Below, one piece after another: positions 1-7,900 of a stretch of DNA of 64,000 bases. Source of the stretch: a virus; UHGV virus genome UHGV-1430452; one strand, 5' to 3'. The notes beneath the pieces are model-generated. The model worked only from the letters and a program-made list of their open reading frames with translations. It was not told the DNA's origin and ran no database searches. The position numbers and the translations under genes are program-made. How positions within the stretch are numbered: the first letter of the stretch is position 1; every line of letters begins with the position of its first letter.

Positions 1-35
1 ATAATGATTATCACTGCTATTAAAATATCAATCAT
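1..35 (-). CDS. 5' end of a CDS running off the left edge (MIDILIAVIII..., hydrophobic)
   Basis: ATG at 35 with AAGGAG 5 nt upstream on the minus strand. The reading frame continues past position 1. Confidence 0.4.
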   Translation of the reverse strand, partial: MIDILIAVIII

Positions 36-46
36 ACTTACTCCTT

Positions 47-499
47 TCATCTATGCTGATCGCAGCACCCATTATCGTAATCGAATTCTTCTCGATCTAA
101 TGCGCAGTAATAGCCAGATATGTTATCGCAAGTCTCTTCATCATAATAGTCTTCAAAATCACAATGAACACACTCCCCGCAGCAATGTTTTTCTCTAATA
201 TCTTCAACATTCGCATACTCATCATCTCCGGTTAAACGTAATAATTCTTTAATCTCATCGTCTGTTAAATCGAGTTCACCAGAGTTAAGTCTACTTCTCA
301 AATATTCTGAAAATACAACATCCGAATTACTTGTATAATCAGAAATGATATCACCTAACTTGTCATAAGCATCCGGTCCTTCTCCATATTCCTCAGCACA
401 TTTCTTACTATTCGGAATATAGTACATACACTGATCTCCGGAAACATCACAATAGTATCTTCCTTCATCCGGATCAAATTTTGCAGCTTTACAAGACAT
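47..499 (-). CDS. Hypothetical Cys-rich acidic protein (150 aa from the SD-supported start)
   Basis: ORF track 47..550. The internal ATG at 499 has GAAAGGAG 6 nt upstream. There are Cys clusters at both ends (CKAA..C..C..C and HCCGECVHC..C..C..CC). Confidence 0.6.
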   Translation of the reverse strand: MSCKAAKFDPDEGRYYCDVSGDQCMYYIPNSKKCAEEYGEGPDAYDKLGDIISDYTSNSDVVFSEYLRSRLNSGELDLTDDEIKELLRLTGDDEYANVEDIREKHCCGECVHCDFEDYYDEETCDNISGYYCALDREEFDYDNGCCDQHR

Positions 500-518
500 A
501 GTTTTCTCCTTTCTACAA

Positions 519-803
519 TTAACAAAATTCAAGTCCATACCAAGTATCATTGATTTTAGTTACTTTTAATTTGTCTTCATAATACTCGTTTTTATAATTA
601 TCAATCAGCTTCTTTTTAGCTTTTGATAAATTTGTAAACCATTCCTTATCATACATATCGTAATCCCATTCCCAACTGTCTGGTTCAGTCGCTGTACCGA
701 AGCTATCAATAATAAAGCTATCCTTGCCTAAGAACCCGACAGTATCGACTAAGATACCATCGTCGTAAATACAATATACTTTTCTACCAAGCTTTGGTTT
801 CAT
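519..803 (-). CDS. Hypothetical protein (94 aa)
   Basis: ORF track; SD-like GGAAAGGGGAAA upstream of the start. Confidence 0.6.
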   Translation of the reverse strand: MKPKLGRKVYCIYDDGILVDTVGFLGKDSFIIDSFGTATEPDSWEWDYDMYDKEWFTNLSKAKKKLIDNYKNEYYEDKLKVTKINDTWYGLEFC

Positions 804-816
804 AGTTTCCCCTTTC

Positions 817-960
817 CTATTTATTGCTCTTTAATTCGTTAGATAACGATAACACGATAAGTCCAGCAAATATCAACCAAGCATCCGGTGAAATATTTGA
901 AGTCTGTGCGTTAGTTCCAAAGACAAAACATAAAATTAATAGTATTAATATAGTAATCAT
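817..960 (-). CDS. Small predicted membrane protein (47 aa, MITILILLILCFVFG...), below the ORF-track cutoff
   Basis: Hand translation of the minus strand. It has two hydrophobic stretches, its stop lies 13 nt before the next gene's start, and its SD is weak. Confidence 0.35.
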   Translation of the reverse strand: MITILILLILCFVFGTNAQTSNISPDAWLIFAGLIVLSLSNELKSNK

Positions 961-983
961 ATATTTATTCGAATCCTTTCCGT

Positions 984-1032
984 AAAAATAAAACAAAAGA
1001 GTCTCAACTAAATATCAATCTAGTTAAGACTC
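984..1032 (-). terminator. Intrinsic terminator after 1047..1262
   Basis: Plus strand GAGTCTCAACTA...TAGTTAAGACTC hairpin with a U-run on the minus strand (plus-strand A-run 984..998). Confidence 0.6.
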
Positions 1033-1046
1033 CTTTGTGTGATAAA

Positions 1047-1262
1047 TCATCTTTTTTTAGTAATCGGAATATTCAAATTCATACCACTCTCTTTCAAATC
1101 CTTACGGACATTATCGAATTCCTCTTTCCACTTATCAGTCCAGTCTCCGGCCTTTGTCTTTTCAGGTCTTGTGAACCTGATTTTAGACAGATCGCATCCC
1201 TTTTCTTTAAGTCCGTTTGCTACTTCGATAATTTCCTTAATAATTTTTCCATCAGTATTCAT
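1047..1262 (-). CDS. Hypothetical protein (71 aa)
   Basis: ORF track; AAAGGAGGAAT SD; preceded by box copy 1 and followed by a terminator. Confidence 0.65.
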   Translation of the reverse strand: MNTDGKIIKEIIEVANGLKEKGCDLSKIRFTRPEKTKAGDWTDKWKEEFDNVRKDLKESGMNLNIPITKKR

Positions 1263-1297
1263 TTCAATTCCTCCTTTAATAAAAAAATGTTTTATTT

Positions 1298-1322
1298 CAT
1301 TAAAGTAGATGTTTTTTACGCG
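1298..1322 (-). promoter_or_regulatory. Early-box copy 1
   Basis: Plus strand CATTAAAGTAGATGTTTTTTACGCG; 36 nt upstream of the start at 1262. Confidence 0.5.
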
Positions 1323-1580
1323 TTATTTCCTAATAAACTGTCCACATGATCCGCAATAATGATCATACTCAGCTGTAGGTATTGGTGCCTCGCATGTCGG
1401 ACATAATTTAAGAGATCCCTGGTCTGGATCGTCCGCCACTCGATATTTTAATTCACTAACTACTTCTGTAAAAAGATCGGCGTTAGGTCCACCGTTTTTA
1501 ATTTCCAAATCTCTAAGTTCTCTCATTCTATTTACAATATTGATTACTCTCTGATTTCTTTCTTCTAAATATTTTTTCAT
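1323..1580 (-). CDS. Hypothetical protein with C-terminal 4-Cys zinc-ribbon-like motif (85 aa)
   Basis: ORF track; CPTC...(12 aa)...CGSC near the C-terminus; charged helical N-terminus. Confidence 0.6.
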   Translation of the reverse strand: MKKYLEERNQRVINIVNRMRELRDLEIKNGGPNADLFTEVVSELKYRVADDPDQGSLKLCPTCEAPIPTAEYDHYCGSCGQFIRK

Positions 1581-1581
1581 C

Positions 1582-2196
1582 TTATTTCTCCTTTCTTACT
1601 ACCCTAGCTCTCTCAAAAATATAATTGTTAATATTATCAGGACCGTTACCATAGCGTTGTACATATGGCACTCCTAAAACATTTCTACCATTTACAAATC
1701 TATGTTCTCCGATCCCGATAACTTCGTGTTTCTCATATCGTCCACTACTATTCATAATGAACACAATATCACCGACTTTAATCTCATTTACTGGAGTTTC
1801 TACAGCATCTAGGAATTCTCCGAGCTGTTCTTTTAATGGTTGACGAATATCAATCTCTTTAAGGAATTCGTCTAGATCATAACCTTCATGATAGTCTTCA
1901 CCACCAACATGTCTAACAATATCCCAGTCTTTTACGACATAAATACCATTATCCAACCAGTAATCCTCGACTTCACTTTCCCTTACATCAGTCTCAATTC
2001 CGATAGATAAGTTTCCACCAAAGAAATTACCTACGACCTGACAGAATCTAGCCATACCGTAGGAATCATCAAATCCTCTATGCTCTTTTAACTCACAGTA
2101 TTTAAGAAATGCAGTAACGCTATCAATACCTCCATTCCAATGCAAATATACTCCGATGTCTTTTCCTTCTGGTTTTACGATAGCTCTGTTACCCAT
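1582..2196 (-). CDS. Hypothetical protein (204 aa)
   Basis: ORF track; TAGGAGCTGAC SD context; no family recognised. Confidence 0.65.
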   Translation of the reverse strand: MGNRAIVKPEGKDIGVYLHWNGGIDSVTAFLKYCELKEHRGFDDSYGMARFCQVVGNFFGGNLSIGIETDVRESEVEDYWLDNGIYVVKDWDIVRHVGGEDYHEGYDLDEFLKEIDIRQPLKEQLGEFLDAVETPVNEIKVGDIVFIMNSSGRYEKHEVIGIGEHRFVNGRNVLGVPYVQRYGNGPDNINNYIFERARVVRKEK

Positions 2197-2219
2197 GTTA
2201 AGTCAGCTCCTAAGTTGAT

Positions 2220-2420
2220 TTATTTTAAAATGCCTTTATGTCTACATAACTCTAGCAACATTTCATTCTCTTCTTGTAAAGCCTCTAATTTATCGGCAGC
2301 ATTCTTACAGTAAATATGAATCGCATTAGACATTTTATCCGTTTCATCCAACGGAACTTTCGTTAATGGAAACATATTTACAAGCCAACGTAGAGACTTA
2401 GCTTCTGGTACTTCTTTCAT
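2220..2420 (-). CDS. Hypothetical protein (66 aa)
   Basis: ORF track; GAAAGGAGAAACGA SD. Confidence 0.55.
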   Translation of the reverse strand: MKEVPEAKSLRWLVNMFPLTKVPLDETDKMSNAIHIYCKNAADKLEALQEENEMLLELCRHKGILK

Positions 2421-2451
2421 TCGTTTCTCCTTTCAAATATCAGCTCCTAAT

Positions 2452-2601
2452 TTAGTCTATCTTTACTATTTGTTCTATGCCGCCATCCCTAAGCTCACGA
2501 TTTACAACTTGTGCTCCGTAAATTTCAAAATAGTCTGATTCTACAATTTGCAAATCCTTTGGCAATTGTTCTAAAATATCGATAAGTTCACCTACTGTCA
2601 T
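2452..2601 (-). CDS. Small hypothetical protein (49 aa, MTVGELIDILEQLPKDLQIV...), below the ORF-track cutoff
   Basis: Hand translation; GAAAGGAGAAAC SD 4 nt upstream of the ATG at 2601. It fills an otherwise empty gap in a tightly packed operon. Confidence 0.5.
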   Translation of the reverse strand: MTVGELIDILEQLPKDLQIVESDYFEIYGAQVVNRELRDGGIEQIVKID

Positions 2602-2626
2602 TTAGTTTCTCCTTTCAAATATCAAC

Positions 2627-2977
2627 TCACAAATCCTCATAGCTATGAGCAATCAATGCGTAAATACTTTTATCTAAAACAAACGCATTATCGCCATCAT
2701 TTCCGAAACCGATTACTCTATGATTCTTCAAGTTGTCACCGTGGAATTTCGCATCAATACAACTTTCATCTTTGCTAGTCTGCATAACACAAAAAGTGAC
2801 ATAATTATCGTTAGGAAGTTTTATAGATATAGTGTTCATCCAGTCTTTAGATTTATGGTCCAAATGAGACATATCAACTGTATAGTGATTACATTTGTTG
2901 AATGTCGGATAACCTAATTTCTCAGCTTCCTCGATTGAACATTTAGTAAATATCAATTCTTTTTGTGTTGCTTCCAT
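2627..2977 (-). CDS. Hypothetical protein (116 aa)
   Basis: ORF track; TAGGGAGCTGAC SD context. Confidence 0.6.
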   Translation of the reverse strand: MEATQKELIFTKCSIEEAEKLGYPTFNKCNHYTVDMSHLDHKSKDWMNTISIKLPNDNYVTFCVMQTSKDESCIDAKFHGDNLKNHRVIGFGNDGDNAFVLDKSIYALIAHSYEDL

Positions 2978-3019
2978 TGTTGGTCAGCTCCCTAAGTTAG
3001 TTTTAATGCTTAACATTAA

Positions 3020-3061
3020 ATATAAAAAGAAGAAGCCCCAGCTAAATATAGCCAGAGCTTC
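3020..3061 (-). terminator. Intrinsic terminator after 3067..3321
   Basis: Minus strand GAAGCTCTGGCT-atattt-AGCTGGGGCTTC then TTCTTTTTAT. Confidence 0.6.
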
Positions 3062-3066
3062 ATACT

Positions 3067-3321
3067 TTACTTGCAATGAAATCCCATTACTACTTTTTCT
3101 TCAGATTCATTTTCCTTATTTTCTTCCGGTTCAACTTTGATTTTCGCTTTCTCGCATACCTCCTGTGCGATTTCGTTACCTTCTTTAGCAGCAAACTTCA
3201 ATGTACCAAGGCCGATACCTGTAATAACTGCCTGAGCCATTTCCGCTGCAAACTTACCCATAGCAACTCCAAATGACACTGCAAATGCTGCTTTGCGTAA
3301 ATCTTTAAATTGTCCATTCAT
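3067..3321 (-). CDS. Small Gly/Ala-rich hydrophobic-helix protein with charged tail (84 aa)
   Basis: ORF track; AAAGGAGGAAC SD; box copy 2 upstream and a terminator downstream. Confidence 0.6.
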   Translation of the reverse strand: MNGQFKDLRKAAFAVSFGVAMGKFAAEMAQAVITGIGLGTLKFAAKEGNEIAQEVCEKAKIKVEPEENKENESEEKVVMGFHCK

Positions 3322-3357
3322 TTTAAGTTCCTCCTTTAAGAAATATAGACTTCATTC

Positions 3358-3382
3358 CATTAAAGGCGATGTTTATGTCGCG
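3358..3382 (-). promoter_or_regulatory. Early-box copy 2
   Basis: Plus strand CATTAAAGGCGATGTTTATGTCGCG; upstream of 3067..3321. Confidence 0.55.
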
Positions 3383-3384
3383 TA

Positions 3385-3714
3385 TTATCTATTTTTCTTA
3401 CCGTAAGCGGAATAATCCCTACGCTTTGGAGTTACTGGTGCTTCTGGTTTTTCCGGACTTTCTTCCACCACCTCAACAGCATCGACGGGAGTGTCTGGCT
3501 TCTCTTCTTTTTTGACTTCTCCGTATGCGCTGCTAGTCTCGACTTTCTTACCGTTAACTCTTTTCTTCCATTCACAATCAAACTCTTCATCGATGCCAGA
3601 CTTGTAAGAAAACGTGCAAATATACTCCTGTCCTGTTTTTGAATCTGTGTAAATATCACCGATAGCTCCTTCTGTTCTTCTTGTTGGTGCTCCTACTCCT
3701 GTTAATTTAGCCAT
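3385..3714 (-). CDS. Hypothetical protein with Pro/Glu-rich C-terminal half (109 aa)
   Basis: ORF track; SD ATGGAGGATAA. Confidence 0.6.
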   Translation of the reverse strand: MAKLTGVGAPTRRTEGAIGDIYTDSKTGQEYICTFSYKSGIDEEFDCEWKKRVNGKKVETSSAYGEVKKEEKPDTPVDAVEVVEESPEKPEAPVTPKRRDYSAYGKKNR

Positions 3715-3733
3715 TGATATTATCCTCCATAAT

Positions 3734-3952
3734 TTAAACTTTTTCTATTTTGCATTCATCACTGAGTAACCAGTTAAGACTTACTCCAGATAAACAAGGG
3801 TGTGGTGCAAAACCAGGTAATTTGATTAATGAACCCTGCTTACTATCGAAATAATAAATATCGTTACTCTTCTGATTTGTAAATCTGAAGTATTCAGACG
3901 GCCCAATACCGAGCCGCCTTCTGATTAAAAATATAATTAATCTATTTAACAT
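3734..3952 (-). CDS. Hypothetical protein (72 aa)
   Basis: ORF track; SD GAAAGGAGCGA. Confidence 0.5.
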   Translation of the reverse strand: MLNRLIIFLIRRRLGIGPSEYFRFTNQKSNDIYYFDSKQGSLIKLPGFAPHPCLSGVSLNWLLSDECKIEKV

Positions 3953-3967
3953 ATCGCTCCTTTCTGA

Positions 3968-4465
3968 TTACTCTTCCGGATGTTCCTCCGCTGCAAATCT
4001 GGATGAGAATCTGTCAATATCCTGAGTTACACACATTGACTGCAAATATGCTGCACGGAATGGTTTACCGTTAATCTCAGAATCATACGGTCTGATATCA
4101 AGATCGACACTTGCAATATCAATTTCGTCGAGCATGGATACTGTTTCTTCATCAAGTTTGACTCTATTTCTACCAGACTGAAGATATACAATAGGGCCTC
4201 TGTCGTTAAATTTGACTTTAACTGGAAGATAGATAAATGGTTCATCTCCATCTTCTCTTGGCGGTTTGATCTTTACATTCCATCCTGCTCCAAACTTATT
4301 TACATCATTCTGCAAAGCTTCTGCCATTTCTTCGTTAGGGATAATCAAAGCGAAGTTACGGTCTCCTTCTTTGTTGAATTTACCGCCTTCTCCTCTGAAG
4401 TTTCTGAAAATGATTCTTGCGTCATCGATCTGTAATACTCCTCTTGGTGCGAATGTTAATTCCAT
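3968..4465 (-). CDS. Putative ssDNA-binding protein (T7 gp2.5/DUF2815-style OB-fold; tentative)
   Basis: It has an acidic C-terminal tail (AAEEHPEE) and a beta-rich body, and sits next to the replicase. The family assignment is from memory only. Confidence 0.4.
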   Translation of the reverse strand: MELTFAPRGVLQIDDARIIFRNFRGEGGKFNKEGDRNFALIIPNEEMAEALQNDVNKFGAGWNVKIKPPREDGDEPFIYLPVKVKFNDRGPIVYLQSGRNRVKLDEETVSMLDEIDIASVDLDIRPYDSEINGKPFRAAYLQSMCVTQDIDRFSSRFAAEEHPEE

Positions 4466-4573
4466 AATGTTAATCTCCTTTTAAATAAATATAGTTTTTA
4501 ATGGATTTGATTTAATTGCTGCGTTGGACTTTTGTTTAACTTCCTCGCATATGATTGCTCCTTTCTTGTGATA

Positions 4574-4613
4574 GAAAAACAAAAAGAGTCTCAACCATAA
4601 TCGGTCAAGACTC
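4574..4613 (-). terminator. Terminator-like hairpin + U-run located downstream of box copy 3, in the leader of the SSB-like gene
   Basis: Plus strand GAGTCTCAACC-ataatc-GGTCAAGACTC. The minus strand continues TTTTTGTTTTTC. Confidence 0.5.
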
Positions 4614-4623
4614 CTTATCTCTT

Positions 4624-4649
4624 CATTAAAGCCGTTGTATTTTTCGCGA
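4624..4649 (-). promoter_or_regulatory. Early-box copy 3 (followed by a terminator-like hairpin)
   Basis: Plus strand CATTAAAGCCGTTGTATTTTTCGCGA; upstream of the SSB-like gene. Confidence 0.55.
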
Positions 4650-4655
4650 TTCGTA

Positions 4656-4946
4656 CTATCGTAAAGATTTTGGGACAAGGCTTTTGATAATCTTTTTCTG
4701 ATGCTCGTCCAGATCGTGATATAGAGTGAAACCCGTTGCCCCATTATACTCATCGCCAAACTGTTTGTAGTACATAGATTGTTTCCATAACTCCGGATAC
4801 TCTTTTTTGTACTTTGCGAGTTCTTTTGCTTTCTTGTCATACTGTTTATCCGAAATTATATTATTATCTAACTCGTAATAAATATATGAATGAAGTATGA
4901 TATATCTTTGCAAGTAATCTATGTATTCGAGGGTTGTTAGTTCCAT
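4656..4946 (-). CDS. Stand-alone NAD-dependent DNA ligase domain-Ia-like protein (96 aa)
   Basis: LHSYIYYELDNNIISDKQYDKKAKELAKYKKEYPEL...FG follows the LigA N-terminal pattern H-x-Y-x-Y..D.P.IsD.eYD.L..EL..LE..yPEL....G. It overlaps the replicase stop by 10 nt. Confidence 0.5.
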   Translation of the reverse strand: MELTTLEYIDYLQRYIILHSYIYYELDNNIISDKQYDKKAKELAKYKKEYPELWKQSMYYKQFGDEYNGATGFTLYHDLDEHQKKIIKSLVPKSLR

Positions 4947-7900
4947 GGCAGCTCTACATCTTCATCATCGAATGGAATTTCCTCAGGAGATCCTTCCGGT
5001 ATGTTCATGAAGTCTGGTAAATGAGAATCTCTAAAAGGAGGTTCATGCCGATCTGAAGCATCCCAAGGCGGAGTACCAACATATGGATCGTCTGATATGA
5101 ACCACTCAGCGTCTCCGTATTGACCAATAGTTTCAAGAGCATCATCCACAAGCTTTCGATAATATGAACGATCAATATTTTCTTCATTTCCCGGAGACAT
5201 CATTAACTCGGATTCAAGCCAACGGAAACCAGTTGTTCCTGTAGCTGCATAATATTTACCGTTCTGTTCTCGCATCAATAGTCCTCCACCCTTTCCAGGC
5301 TTAACCGGACAAAATTGCCCAACTTTACCTACGAAATGATAGTCATGACCTTCAGCTATTAAATCGTTTAATCTTCGACACTCACTTTCGAAAGTTGTGT
5401 CCGATAACTTACCTTTCCTGTACTTATCTTCAAGTTTGGATAGTTCTTTTTCATACTCGGATACATCTGGAAGTTTTTCGTTCATATCCAAATATAAAGC
5501 AGATTTTACTGAGAATGCTTCGCACATATCTTTCAACTCAATTGGTTCTTTACTGAACAGTGTTTTAAATACATACGGAACTGCAAACTGTTTTCCAGTA
5601 GCTGTCCATTCTCCGGCATTCTTTCCATCTTTAAACCTAGCCACGTACACAGCATCATTTACTAAACAGAATTTTTCAAAGTTAGCCTCTGTTTCAAATG
5701 TATATCCGTATTCTTTACCGAATTTGGTTACGAAATCAATAATATCAGGAGTAGCATCGGGTATCTTTATGGAATCTGTCTTGATATGACAAACAGTAAA
5801 TCCTCGTTTCTGAACTTCTCTTTTCAATAATGTCATGAAGAGAGCTCCTCTTTTGGCAACAATGTTATCCTTATTTCTAGGATCTCTAAATTCATTTACG
5901 AAGCCAGCTGATGTCAAACCATAAATGGAATTGATAACAATCTTAAGTGCCTGCGCTAAATCAGCAGCCTGTTCTTCATTTAAGTATGGTTTCAACGCTC
6001 CACCTAATAATTGTCCAGCTGTTTCAAAGTCTTTATGCTTAATTGCAACACGAGCTTTTACAATATCCTCAAACCGTTTTGTATATTCTGGTCCAAATAG
6101 ACATTCGAATATAATACTGTGAGGATGCTGAGAAGCAATGTCTCCATCCCATACATTACCGTAATGCCCAGGTTCAGAGTAAACCCGACCGCCTTCTCCA
6201 ATGGCTTCGCCTAAATATGTTGATTTACCAAACTCAAAAGTATAGCCTTTAAAGAATGGAAGAATGCTATAACCTTCTGGAAGCTTTTCGCCAGGAACGT
6301 AAGATCGATATAATGGAAGACCCTCAGAATCAAATACTCTGAAATCATAATCATCTCCGAATTTAATTCTATATTCATCATAACGATCTGAGCTAACCGG
6401 TTCCGCCAAGTATCTATAGTTGAATACATTCTGCGGTTTTTTATTATTTCCAAATATAATTCTTTTAGAAAGAGTATTTGTCGTATCATTAACTGTAACG
6501 TTTGTAATATCATGTAAGAGTTTTACAAGATCAACCTGAATCTGTCTAGCAACAAAGTCTGCTTTTCTTGCATTGAATACAGCTTCCGTCGCAATGACAT
6601 CATTATCGCAATACTCAGCAACCTTTGCCCATAATTCTTCTGGAACTGGTTGATCCCAAGGAAGACCAAGCTCTTGATGATGAATACCCAGTTCAATCTC
6701 CCATTTCTTTAAACTCTGTTTCACAGTTGACATATCATATACATCAATGTAACCAAGATTATATGCCTCACCAAACATGCCATTATCACGGCTTCCCTTT
6801 GGAGCATTAATAATTCTTTGAGATAACTTATATATTTCCTCATTTGTGTATCCCATAAGTCTAGCATAAATGATATGTCTGTCGTATTTACGTCCATTAA
6901 AATCAACAAGTTTAAACTTTAGAAGATTTTCTATTTCTGCTGGTGTAGGATTAATTAATCTAACTACTGTTTTTCCTTCTCCAGCAAACTTATAGTTTAC
7001 CAAAAATAAATTTGGGAATACCTCACAATCATAGAATACAAGATCGTCAGTATCACCCTCATTACTTGTCTCTGAAGCCTCTTCACTCTTAAACGCCATC
7101 TGATTAACTAACTTCAAACACTCATCAGCCTGGTTACTACTACTCGCCGCCAAAGCAAATACAGCATTTTTCATATCAGACACATCATATCCAATACCAC
7201 TCTCATAAGCCTCATCCAAAAGTTTCTTAATCATTTGAATACTTGGAGCTGTGTTACCCATAATTTCTTTATTCAGATGTTTCTTAAGAACGGATCTCAA
7301 ATATTTCTCATTCTTAATACCATCAAAGTTAATCACATTTTTCACCTCTTTCAACGGAAGACCTGAGCTAATTGTACGAATAACAAGATTGACACACTTA
7401 GTAAGTTTTCTTCTAAGAGATGTTTTACCGGTAAATACCTTAATCTCGATATCCTCATCAAATATACGACTTAATTCACTCACATCACCGTTATAAATAT
7501 AATGAAGATGAATACCTCCACCACTTTTGCTTAACTCAGCATATGTTGGAGGCCATTTACTAGCTGCTTCAAGATTCTTCTCGAAACATTTATTACCATT
7601 CTCGTCCTTAATATCAAAGTCAATAACTACATGATTTTCAGGGACCTTGACGTAATGAAGTTTTGATGTGTCAAGTTCTGATAGGGTAGTTGAAACTTCA
7701 TCCCATGGCTTCGTCGGAGTTTCTTTTGAAGTAGCATATTGAGCTGGACAATCAGAACATTCTTTATCAAAAATAGACTCCTGTTCTTCAAATATAAGCC
7801 AGCTCTCAGTTTTCTCATCTCCAATAGGTTTCTCTGCTTTAACCTTTTTCTTCCCACCAATAGAGTCTTCGAAAATATCAGTCTTAAAACCGTCGTAATA

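Noticed and set aside
4481-4840. 119-aa minus-strand ORF overlapping the LigA-Ia-like gene and the leader region
   Set aside because: It is out of frame with the motif-supported 4656..4946 gene and crosses box copy 3 and the hairpin. Its composition is implausible and it has no SD.
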